The notes beneath the pieces are model-generated. The model saw only the letters and a list, made by a program, of their open reading frames with translations. It was not told the origin of the DNA and did no database searches. From an uncultured Gemmatimonadales bacterium (GTDB lineage: Bacteria > Gemmatimonadota > Gemmatimonadetes > Gemmatimonadales > GWC2-71-9), in assembly GCA_963844035.1 (NCBI GenBank), contig CAWJMT010000020.1, positions 1-15,412 of the forward strand: 15,412 bases of DNA. The letters are read 5' to 3'. Positions within the stretch are counted from its first letter, which is position 1. Each line of letters begins with the position of its first letter. This document shows, piece by piece, positions 7,243 through 15,412 of the stretch. Both the position numbers and the translations under genes were made by a program.

Positions 7243-9474
7243 GTGAGCAAGCCGAAAGACGAAGCCGCGGGTGGCCGGACCATGGGCGTGTGGGACGCGC
7301 TCGGCCACGCCCTCGCGTACTGGCGACCGCACACGAAGCGCGGCCTGCTGCTGCTCGCGGCGCTCGCGGTGCCGCAGGTCTACAAGGCGTTCTTCGCCTA
7401 CAGCCAGCGTCTGATCATCGATCGCGGCCTGCTCGCGCACGACGCGGCCCTGCTCACGAACGTGCTCGCCCTGCTGGCGGGCGGCTTCCTGCTCGCCGCG
7501 GGCGCGGTGCTGCTGGCCGACTACCTCGGCGCCGTCGATCGCAGCGGCGATCCTGAACGGCATCCGCTTGCGCATGTTCGAGCACCTGCAGAGGCTGTCG
7601 ATCGGCTACTACGCGCAGGTCCGGAGCGGCGACATCGTCGCGCGCTTCACCTCCGACCTCACTGACATCCAGAAGAGCCTCACGACACGCATCGTCGACG
7701 CGGTGGTCGCGATCGCTCGGCCTGGCGATCAACATCCCGGTCGCCTTCGCCATCGATTGGCGCCTCGCGCTGGTGATGCTGCTGGGCATGCCGGTGGCGG
7801 GGCTCGGCACGCGCGTCTTCGGACACCGAGCGGCGCGCGCGCGCTACGCGCTCAAGCAGCAGGAGGCGGGTCTCGCCAGCCTGGTGCAGGAATCCGTGCG
7901 CGCCCAGCCGGTGGTCAAGGTGTTCGGTCTCGTGGGCTGGCTGCAGGGCCGCTTCCGAGGCGCAGCTCGAGGAGATCCGGCGGCGCTTCGTGCGCGCCGA
8001 GTTCGCCGCGGAGCTGGTGGGCAGCGCCTCGAGCCAGGGTGTGCTCGTGTCGCAGGTCGTGGTGCTCGGCGTCGGCGCCTACCTGGCCATGACCGGGCAC
8101 CTGACGACGGGCTCGCTGGTGGCGTTCATCAGCCTCCACGCCGTCGTGAGCAAGGACGCCTACGACCTCACCAAGAAGGTCGTGCCGAGCCTGATCGCCT
8201 CGACCGGCGGGCTGCAGCGCATCGAGGAGCTGCTCGGCGAGCCCGTGCACGTCGCCGACCGGCCCCAGGCGCCCCCGCTCGGTCGGGTGAAGGGGCCGCT
8301 GCGGTTGGAGGACGTGACCTTCGCCTACGGCGACGGCCGCCCCGTGCTCGATCACGTCAGCCTCGAGGTCGGCGCCGGCCAGCGCGTCGCGCTCGTCGGT
8401 CGCAGCGGCTCGGGCAAGAGCACGGTGCTGCAGCTCCTGCTGCGCTTCTACGATCCGCAGGGCGGTCGGGTCTCGGCGGACGGACAGGACCTGCGCGACG
8501 TCCGCCTGGACTCCTGGTACGAGCAGGTGGCGGCCGTCTTCCAGGAGAGCTTCCTGTTCGCCGGCACGGTCCGCGAGAACATCGCCCTCGGCCGCCTCGG
8601 GCGCGCGGCCCGAGGAGATCGAGGCGGCGGCTCGCGCCGCCGAGATCCACGACGCGATCCTGGCCCTGCCCGAAGGCTACGACACGCAGGTGGGCGAGCT
8701 GGGCGGGCGGCTCTCCGGCGGCCAGCGCCAGCGGGTCGCGATCGCGCGCGCCGTGCTGCGCGATCCCGGCGGTGATCGTGCTCGACGAGGCCACCTCGGC
8801 GCTCGACCCGGCCACCGAGGCCGCGATCAACGCCACCCTCGACCGCCTGGCGGTCGGCCGCATGGTCGTGCTCGTCACCCACCGCCTGGCGACGGCGCGC
8901 ACCGCCGACCGCATCGTGGTGCTCGAGGCCGGTCGCGTGGTGGAGCAGGGCAGCCACGAGGAGCTGCTCGCGCGGCGCGGCGCTCTACGCCGAGCTGCTG
9001 GCAGAAGCAGAGCGGGATCGAGGTGAGCGACGACGGGCGACAGGCTCGACTCGACCCGGCGCGGCTGGCCGCCGTCCCGATCTTCGCCGAGCTGGACGTG
9101 ACCGCGGCGCGGGGCCGTGGCGAGCCGGCTCGGCGGTCGAGCTCTACGACGCCGGCCAGACGATCTTCTACGAGGGCGACCCGGGCGACCGTTTCTTCGT
9201 GATCGCCCGCGGCAAGGTGGCCGTGGTCACCGGGTCGGGACCGGGCGAGCGCTGCCTCGCCGTGCTCTCGGACGGCGACTTCTTCGGCGAGCTGGCGCTG
9301 CTGCCCGGCGCGCCGCGCGACGCCACGACGCGCACGCTGCAGCCGACCGTGCTGCTCGCGCTCCCCAAGCGCGACTTCGAGCGCCTGCTCGAGGAGCACC
9401 CGGAGGTGCGCGCGGCGGTGGAGCATGCCGCGGCGCACCGCTCGCGGACGGTCGTCGACTCGATCCCGCTCTAG
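7243..9474 (+). CDS. ABC exporter (TMD + ATPase) with C-terminal cyclic nucleotide-binding domain; about 8-9 apparent frameshifts
   Basis: Stitched from ORFs 7243, 7568, 7773, 7990, 8690, 9117 and 9199. [25 protein letters not shown] (TMD), Walker [11 protein letters not shown]-loop [12 protein letters not shown], Walker [17 protein letters not shown]. Then [41 protein letters not shown] (cNMP domain). Confidence 0.88.
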
Positions 9475-9476
9475 AC

Positions 9477-9504
9477 GCGCAAACAACGCGTTGTCGTTTC
9501 GCGC
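9477..9504. terminator. Imperfect palindrome between convergent genes (core ACAACGCGTTGT, 9483-9494); possible terminator or protein-binding site
   Basis: Perfect 12-bp palindrome within gcgcaaacaacgcgttgtcgtttcgcgc, immediately after the ABC stop codon. Confidence 0.3.
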
Positions 9505-9565
9505 CCTGGACAGCCTCGCCGCCGCCTCACGCGGGCGCCGTCGGCCGCCGCCAGATCGAACTGCC

Positions 9566-11273
9566 CTAGCGCCGCTTGCGTGCGGCCGCCTGCTTCAACA
9601 GCGCTTCGATCGTCGGCTTGCCCGCGGCCAGCGGCAGCAGGCTGGTGACCTCGCTGGCCACGTCGTAGCCGCCGTCAAGGAGCACGCGCACGTTGTCCTC
9701 GCGGTCCCCCAGCACCGCCAGCATCATGGCGGTGGCGCCGCCGCGGCTCTTGGCCTTCGTGCTGGCGCCGGCGTGGAGCAGCGCGCGGACGACCTGCGGC
9801 GGGCACGATTCCGCCGCGTGGATGAGCGGCGTCGTCTGGTTCTCGTCGCTCGCGCTCACATCGGCCTTGTGGGCAACGAGTGCCACGGCGATGGCGGCCG
9901 CGGCCGCCTTGCGTCGGGCGTCCGGCGCGCCGCAACCGGAGCTCGTGACGAACAAGAGCGGCGTGTCGCTCTGCGGCGGCGCTCGTCTCACGCCGGGTGG
10001 AATGCCCGCTTCGAGAAAGAGCAGCGTGGCGTCCGCGTCGAGCTCCATGAGCCGGCCCCAGAAACCGTCCTGCGTGAAGGCCAGCTTGCGCCGGTTCAAC
10101 TCCTGGCGTGCCTGCTCCGGAGTGCGCGGCGCGTGCGCCGGGCCGGGCGCCGTCTTGGCCGGAGACTCGACGACCGTTCTACCTGCGCCAGCCTCGCGCA
10201 GGATCTTCTGGGTCTCGGGGTTGGCCCGCGCCTTCTCGAGCAGACGCTTGCCGTCGCGCTTCACGTCGTAGCCGCGCGCGACGAGCAGCCGCACGACCTC
10301 GGGCGCGTCGAAGGTGATGGCGCGCGTCCATCACCGTCTGGCCCACCGTCTCCCCCTGGATGGGCGAGGGCAGCGTCAGCTTGGCTCCAGCCGCGAGCAG
10401 CGCGCCTGCGATCTCGGCACAGCGGTAGGCACGCAGCAGAGGCAGATTGCCCTCCGGGCTGCGGTAGTTCGGATCGGCCCCGGCGCGGATGAGCATCAGG
10501 GCCACCGCGCGCACCTGGGGATCGGAGCAGTCGGAGCCGAGCACGTCGAGGAGGAGGGTCTCGGTGAAGCCCGGCGCCAGCGTGTCGGGCTTCATGCCAG
10601 CGTCGAGAAAGAGCCTGGTCGCCTCGGGCTCCGTGCGACTGAGGTAGAAGCCCGCCGGGGTGAACGGGAGCCCTCGTTGCTGGAGCTTCCTGATGGCGGC
10701 CTTCTGGGCTGCGGTGGCGCCGACGTCGGACGCCCGGCGTATCCTGGCCGCGAAACTGGCTCGGAACTGGTACTTCTGTCCTTTGAAGGTCTGCGGTTTC
10801 GCGGAGAACACCACGCCCGCGACTTCGTCGCGCGTGCGGGAGGACGGCTGGAACTCGAGGTCGGTGCAGAGGGCGCAGCCGATGGAGAGTGCCGGGTGGT
10901 TCCATCGCCAGTCGGACGGCTGGTTCTGCTGGTCGAGCGCGAAGGCCAGCGCGTTCAGCTCGCCGCTGGCCGCCGTGTCGCGCAGCCGGCCCGCGAGTTG
11001 GCTGGGGGTGGCCGGCTTCTCTGTCAGCAGGACCCATAGCACGTCCTTGCCTTCACGGTCCACTTCCACCTGCGCGTAGGCGTGGGCGAACGTGAAGGGC
11101 TTCCCGTCTACGGCGAAGCTGCCCGTGGCCTGACCGGCCGCGGGCTTCGCGGGAGCCGCGGCGGCGGTCATCGCCCCAGCGGCGCCAATGGCCACGAGGC
11201 CTGCCCACAGCGAGCCGGCGGCGCGAGGGGCTTTCGACGTCACGCGATTGCAGTACGGCTCGAGGGCGGCCAT
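9566..11273 (-). CDS. Secreted ankyrin-repeat protein with an N-terminal beta-rich domain and two duplicated ankyrin modules (one frameshift at ~10320-10326)
   Basis: Hydrophobic Ala-rich leader (LWAGLVAIGAAGAMTAAAA). Ankyrin motifs LIRAGADPN, ALLAAGA, TTPLIHAA..VVRALLHAGA, GATAMMLAV..VRVLLDGG. Joins ORFs 10179..11273 and 9566..10294. Start uncertain (alternative GTG 11243). Confidence 0.8.
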
Positions 11274-11282
11274 CAGGCGCCC

Positions 11283-11964
11283 CTAGTTGCCGCGCTTCAG
11301 CTCGTCGTAGACCCAGCCGACGTTCTGGGCCTTGGTCAGGAACTCGCCCACGTCCTTGATCTCGGGGAACTCGTCGAGCTTCACCGAGGCGACGGCCTGT
11401 TCGCGGGTCTGGCCGGCCTCGATCGCCGCGCCGACCTTCTCGCGGAGCGCCGTCAGGTAGTCGGCGAAGCGCAGCCAGGCCTTCATGTTGGTGACGGGGC
11501 CGTGGCCGGGGATGACCTTGTACTTGGGGTAGCGCTCGGCGAGCCCGCGGATCATCTTCACCCAGTTCTCGGTGTCCGCCCCGTCCGCGACGTCGATGTA
11601 GGGCGGCAGGCCATTGAAGAAGAGGTCGCCGGCCGCGATCGACGTTCTCGCTTTCGAACACGACGATCGTGTCGCCCGAGGTGTGACCCGGGCCGAAGTG
11701 CAGGAGCCTCACCATCTGCTTGCCGACGCGCAGGCCCCGCTCGGTGCCGTAGGTCTCCTGCGGCACGCCGGCGTCCTCCGGCTTCTGCTCGGGCTTCAGG
11801 TTCTTGCGCATCGTCTTCTGGCAGCCCTCGGCCGCCACGATCCTGCCATCGCGGGCGACGACCACGTTACCGCCGGTGTGGTCGTCGTGATAGTGCGTGT
11901 TCACCAGGTACCGGATCGGCTTCGGGCTGAGCGAGGCGATCCTGGCAGCGACCTGGACCGCGTT
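11283..11964 (-). CDS. MBL-fold metallo-hydrolase (cyclase/glyoxylase-like), 5'-truncated at the junction, one frameshift at ~11640
   Basis: PIRYLVNTHYHDDHTGGN (HxHxDH), GPGHTSGD, then AGDLFFNG..PYID..IPGHGP after the frame change. The N-terminal strands and start codon are missing. Confidence 0.88.
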
Positions 11965-11970
11965 CAATAG
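11960..11970. other. Abrupt compositional junction between high-GC and AT-rich DNA (probable chimera)
   Basis: Counted G+C is 40/60 at 11761-11820 and 19/60 at 12001-12060. Genes on both sides are cut at this point. Confidence 0.9.
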
Positions 11971-12311
11971 ATTTTTCAAACAAGCATAAACATTATTATG
12001 AATTTTTCCTTTTTTTCCAGAGCTCAAATTTTGAACAGCTTAACCTGGAAGAATCAAGAATCATAAAATACCTTACTGAACAATCACCACTGGCAATTGT
12101 ACAGGAATGTGTAAAAAAAGGAATTGCCGATAAATCATTACGCACCGATATCCCGGCTGATGTTTTTGCCGCGACTCTATGGTCACAACTGCTCGGAGTG
12201 ATGATTGTCATGAATTATAAAAGAAACATATACAAAATGTTTGGACTGAATGCGGATGATATCATCAAAACGCATCTGGAACTTGTGTCAACAGGAGGGA
12301 AGCATCGATGA
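11967..12311 (+). CDS. TetR/AcrR family regulator, C-terminal ligand-binding domain only (5'-truncated; missing from the ORF track)
   Basis: Manual translation IDFSNKHKHYYEFFLFFQ...VQECVKKGIADKSLRTDIPADVFAATLWSQLLGV...GGKHR*. 'GI.D.SLR.D' is typical of TetR C-domains, and the gene sits directly upstream of an efflux operon. No HTH or start codon. Confidence 0.75.
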   Translation: MDFSNKHKHYYEFFLFFQSSNFEQLNLEESRIIKYLTEQSPLAIVQECVKKGIADKSLRTDIPADVFAATLWSQLLGVMIVMNYKRNIYKMFGLNADDIIKTHLELVSTGGKHR

Positions 12312-12357
12312 GTCCACAAGTCTACCAAGTGAAGCACAACCGAATAAACATATGGAA

Positions 12358-13716
12358 ATGAAACAGATAATTTCATTAATTGTAATAATCTCGATTATTC
12401 CAGGCATTGTTTCGAGTCAGGGCAACGTCCTTGATTCCTATATCGCCGAGAGGCCTTGAAAATAATCTTGCCCTGAAGCAGAAGGAGTATAACTATGAAA
12501 GAAGCCTGGCTGCACTGCAGGAAGCGAAGGCGGTGTTTTTCCCGGATGTCAATTTCAATGCACGGTATACCTGGGCAGATGGGGGAAGGGTGATAGAGTT
12601 GCCTGTCGGGGATATGCTGAACGATGTGTATTCAACTCTTAATATGCTTCTTCAGACGGATCAGTTTCCAATAATAGATAACCAGGAGTTTACATTTCTG
12701 AGGGAACATGAGACATGAGACAAAGATCAGTGTTATCCAGCCTATCATTGAACCGAAGATCTATTATAACCACCAGATAAGTAAACAAATGTCCGAGGTT
12801 CAGCGTGGAGATGCAAAAACCTACCGCAGACAGCTTATTGCGGATATACAAACAGCTTATTTCAACTATCTCAAAACTCTTAGAATTGAGACATTGCTGG
12901 CAGATACCAGGGAGCTGCTTGAGAGAAAACGTGAGAGTTAACGAAAGTCTTTACAGGAATGATAAGGTAACAATTGATAATGTGTATCGCTCCAAAGCTG
13001 AGCTGAGCCGTCTTGACCAGCATATTGCCGAGGCTGAAAAGGCAAGGCAGATATCCATGGCATATTTCAATTTCCTGCTCAACAGGCCACTCACAGAGCA
13101 AATTCAGGAGGACGATTTTTATGACAGCACTTTCGTGACTTCAAACTTCGAGCTGGCAAGCGAGAATGCCCTTGGGAAAGGGAAGAACTTGCCATGCTGG
13201 AAAGTTATTTGAAAGCTAATAATTACTATCTGAACCTGAACCAGTCAAGGATAATCCCATCGGTCTTCGGGGCTGTTGATTATGGTTACCAGGGGACAAA
13301 ATACCGTTTCACTGATGATTATGATTATTGGATAGCGTCGGTCGTCCTGAGATGGGAACTATTTCACGGATGGGAAAACAGGTCCCAGATAAGCCAGGCA
13401 AAGATCGGACGGGAAACGTTAGAGACAAAGATAGAGGAAACAAAAGACCAGATCCGCCTGCAGGTTATCGAGGCATACTATGATCTCCAGGCTTCAGAGA
13501 AATCAATTAAGGCGGCTGATGAAGCATTGAAAAGTGCCCGGAAAGCGTACTGAAATGGTTGACAAAAAGTTCAGGGAAGGACAGGCAAACCTGATCGAGT
13601 ATATCGATGCGCGAACGACGATGACCAACGCCGAAGAGAACCTGATTATCAGTCGGTATGACTATTATATCAAGTACGCGGAATTCGAAAGAGTTGCTTG
13701 TCTTCGTGAATATTAA
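12358..13716 (+). CDS. TolC family outer-membrane efflux protein (about 5 apparent frameshifts)
   Basis: Signal peptide MKQIISLIVIISIIPGIVSSQ, GLENNLALKQ, EAKAVFFPDVNFNARY, IQTAYFNYL, LRWELFHG, LQVIEAYYDL, KFREGQANLIEYIDART. Stitched from ORFs 12250, 12407, 12708, 12805, 13194 and 13534. Confidence 0.9.
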
Positions 13717-13731
13717 TGAAACTATTGACGA

Positions 13732-13859
13732 TAAATGGTTAAACTGTTAAACTGTTAAATTGTTAAACTGTTAAATTGTTAAATTGTTAAATGGCTAAAT
13801 TATTCGCAGATATTCCACTCAACTATAACAATTTAACAATGTAACAATTTAGCAATTTA
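13732..13859. repeat. Octamer tandem array (9 x TAAAYTGT-like, 13732-13803) followed by an inverted array (4 x ACAATTTA-like, 13828-13859)
   Basis: Forward units: taaatggt, taaactgt, taaactgt, taaattgt, taaactgt, taaattgt, taaattgt, taaatggc, taaattat. After a 24-nt spacer: acaattta, acaatgta, acaattta, gcaattta (reverse complement of the unit). Confidence 0.92.
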
Positions 13860-13915
13860 TTACTTTTCTCAGGGAGCATAATAGTAATCGAAATATCAAG
13901 ATAAAACTTATCGAA

Positions 13916-14966
13916 ATGAAAAGAATAGACCTGTTTTTAATAGCGATCTGTGCTGTTATCGTGGTAGGAGCATGTAAGAGGTCTTCCCCGAAAATAGAGG
14001 AAAGAACTGCTATCCCGGTCAGAACCAACGTCGTAAAAGAGCAATTATTGAGTTTTCCGGTGAGGAGATCGGGGAGGCTGTCGGCGAAGACTGAGTCGAA
14101 GCTGAGTTTCAAGACGGGAGGGATCATTAAGAAAATATATGTGGATGAGGGACAGTCGGTGACGGAGGGACAGATTTTATCTGTCCTCAATTTATCTGAG
14201 ATCGAACCGAAAGCCCGGCAGGCGGAGCTGGCACTTCAGAAGGCCCGGCGGGATTATGACAGGGCGAAGAACCTGTACAGGGACAGCGTGGCGACACTGG
14301 AGCAGTTTCAGGATGCGAAGACAGCTCTTGAATATGCACAGTCGAATGCCGAAATAGCAAAATTCAACCTCGAGTATTCGGAGATCCGCGCTCCGCTCAA
14401 TGGCAAAATCCTGAAACGGGTTTCGGAATCGAATGAGATTGTCGGCCCCGGACAACCAATCTTCCTGTTTGCGTCCACAGAAAACTCCTGGGTGGTAAGG
14501 TCGAACCTCACGGATAAGGATATCGTTAATATCAGGCTAAATGATTCTGCCACAATAGATTTTGATGCTTATCCCGGGAAGACTTTTTATGGCAGGATTT
14601 CAGAAACAGGCAATATGGCGGATCCATACACCGGGACCTATGAGGTGGAGATCATCTTGAAGGAGCCTCCCGAATCACTGGTTTCAGGGTTTATTGTAAA
14701 GGTTACTATTTATCCGGTGCGGACAGCCCGGAAAATGATATTGATCCCGGCCGTAAGCTGTGCAGGAGGGGAATGGATTGAGCGGCAATGTGTGGGTTAT
14801 CAGGGATGAAAAGCCGGTGAAACAGGCAATTGAGATCCATTCTATAACGGACCAGGGTATTGTTGTGACATCAGGGCTGATTGATGGAGATGAGGTGATT
14901 GTGGATGGCGGCGAGTATATCAGGGAAGGTGTTGATATTGAGCGGATTAACCTGAAAGCTGAATAA
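13916..14966 (+). CDS. RND efflux periplasmic adaptor (MFP/AcrA-like) lipoprotein, one frameshift at ~14755
   Basis: Lipobox VVGAC, LSFKTGGIIKKIYVDEGQSVTEGQIL (lipoyl half), helical hairpin, IRAPLNGKI, ADPYTGTYEV. C-terminal VTSGLIDGDEVIVDG lies in ORF 14760..14966. Confidence 0.92.
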
Positions 14967-14982
14967 TTTAGACCATACAAAG

Positions 14983-15412
14983 ATGAAACTTCCTGAATTA
15001 TCGATAAAAAACTGGCAGTTCACTGTTGTCGTTTTCGCGGTGCTTGTCATAATGGGGGTATCCTCCTTTCTGACTATGCCGAGGACAGAGGATCCGCCGC
15101 TGCAGCTGCCGGGTGCAAGCGTTATTGTTCTGTATCCGGGAGCGAATCCGTCTGATATGGAACAGCTTATCACGGACCCGCTTGAAGAGTCGATTAACCA
15201 GCTGAACGATATTAAACGGATTGAGTCGGGTTGCAGGGACGGGATTGCCATAACCAGTGTGGAGTTTATTTTTGATACGGATGCCGGTGAAAAATTTGAT
15301 GAGGTAGTCCAGCAGGTGAATTCGGTAAGGAATAAATTCCCGGCTGATATTTACGGGCTTCAGATCCTGCAATGGACCAGCCAGGATGTTGTTGTCGTGC
15401 AGCTGGCGTTGA
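14983..15412 (+). CDS. RND efflux permease (AcrB/CzcA family), N-terminal part, runs off the window
   Basis: Manual translation from ATG 14983: MKLPELSIKNWQFTVVVFAVLVIMGVSSFLTMPRTEDPPLQLPGASVIVLYPGANPSDMEQLITDPLEESINQLNDIKRIES... No stop before the window end. Confidence 0.92.
   Translation, partial: MKLPELSIKNWQFTVVVFAVLVIMGVSSFLTMPRTEDPPLQLPGASVIVLYPGANPSDMEQLITDPLEESINQLNDIKRIESGCRDGIAITSVEFIFDTDAGEKFDEVVQQVNSVRNKFPADIYGLQILQWTSQDVVVVQLAL

Noticed and set aside
10313..10335. Hairpin GGTGATGG-N7-CCATCACC at the ankyrin frameshift as a programmed recoding signal
   Set aside because: There is no slippery heptamer. The shift lies in a GCGCGC run and matches the window-wide +1 error pattern.
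11283..11964. Metallo-beta-lactamase antibiotic resistance gene
   Set aside because: The HxHxDH motif and context fit the broad cyclase/glyoxylase-like MBL-fold hydrolases. Nothing visible supports beta-lactamase activity.
4618..11964. cNMP domains plus an MBL hydrolase as a Pycsar/CBASS-like defence system
   Set aside because: No cyclase or CD-NTase is present, the genes are dispersed on different strands, and each belongs to a common non-defence family.
85..11970. Many long Arg/Ala/Pro/Gly-rich alternative ORFs (for example 1108..2259, 4525..5580, 6523..7575, 9425..10492)
   Set aside because: Typical stop-poor shadow frames of high-GC genes that overlap better-supported CDSs and have no recognisable motifs.
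11053..12027. 324-aa ORF as a novel MBL fusion protein
   Set aside because: Its N-terminus is antisense TetR sequence from across the junction, and its C-terminus is out-of-frame sequence after the ~11640 frameshift.
13732..13859. CRISPR array or replication iterons
   Set aside because: The units are 8 nt and contiguous with no unique spacers, and no cas or rep gene is nearby.
11964..15412. AT-rich efflux operon as a horizontally acquired resistance island
   Set aside because: No mobility genes or attachment repeats, genes are truncated on both sides of the junction, and the operon is an ordinary TetR-TolC-MFP-RND unit. A chimera is more parsimonious.

Overview
The window joins two unrelated DNA segments at about 11964-11966. 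The left segment (1-~11964) is high-GC. It carries the end of a probable Fis-type HTH regulator, an aldo/keto reductase with a 2x[4Fe-4S] tail, and a GT2-methyltransferase fusion divergent from a GT-C-like membrane protein. It also has two stand-alone SAM methyltransferases, a cNMP-binding/DUF1003 membrane protein, a small secreted protein, an ABC exporter with a C-terminal cNMP-binding domain, a secreted ankyrin-repeat protein and a 5'-truncated MBL-fold hydrolase. The right segment (~11965-15412) is AT-rich and Bacteroidota-like: a 5'-truncated TetR regulator followed by a TolC/MFP/RND efflux operon. Both genes at the junction lack their 5' ends and no mobile-element marks are visible, so a read or assembly chimera is most likely. 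Many genes carry frameshifts, almost all +1, which look like long-read errors. The best biological leads are a 24-bp bidirectional, apparently leaderless promoter linking the GT2-MTase and GT-C-like genes, an inverted octamer-repeat element inside the efflux operon, and two cNMP-sensing membrane proteins. No clearly new system can be shown from sequence alone. Family calls come from motif recognition, not database searches.
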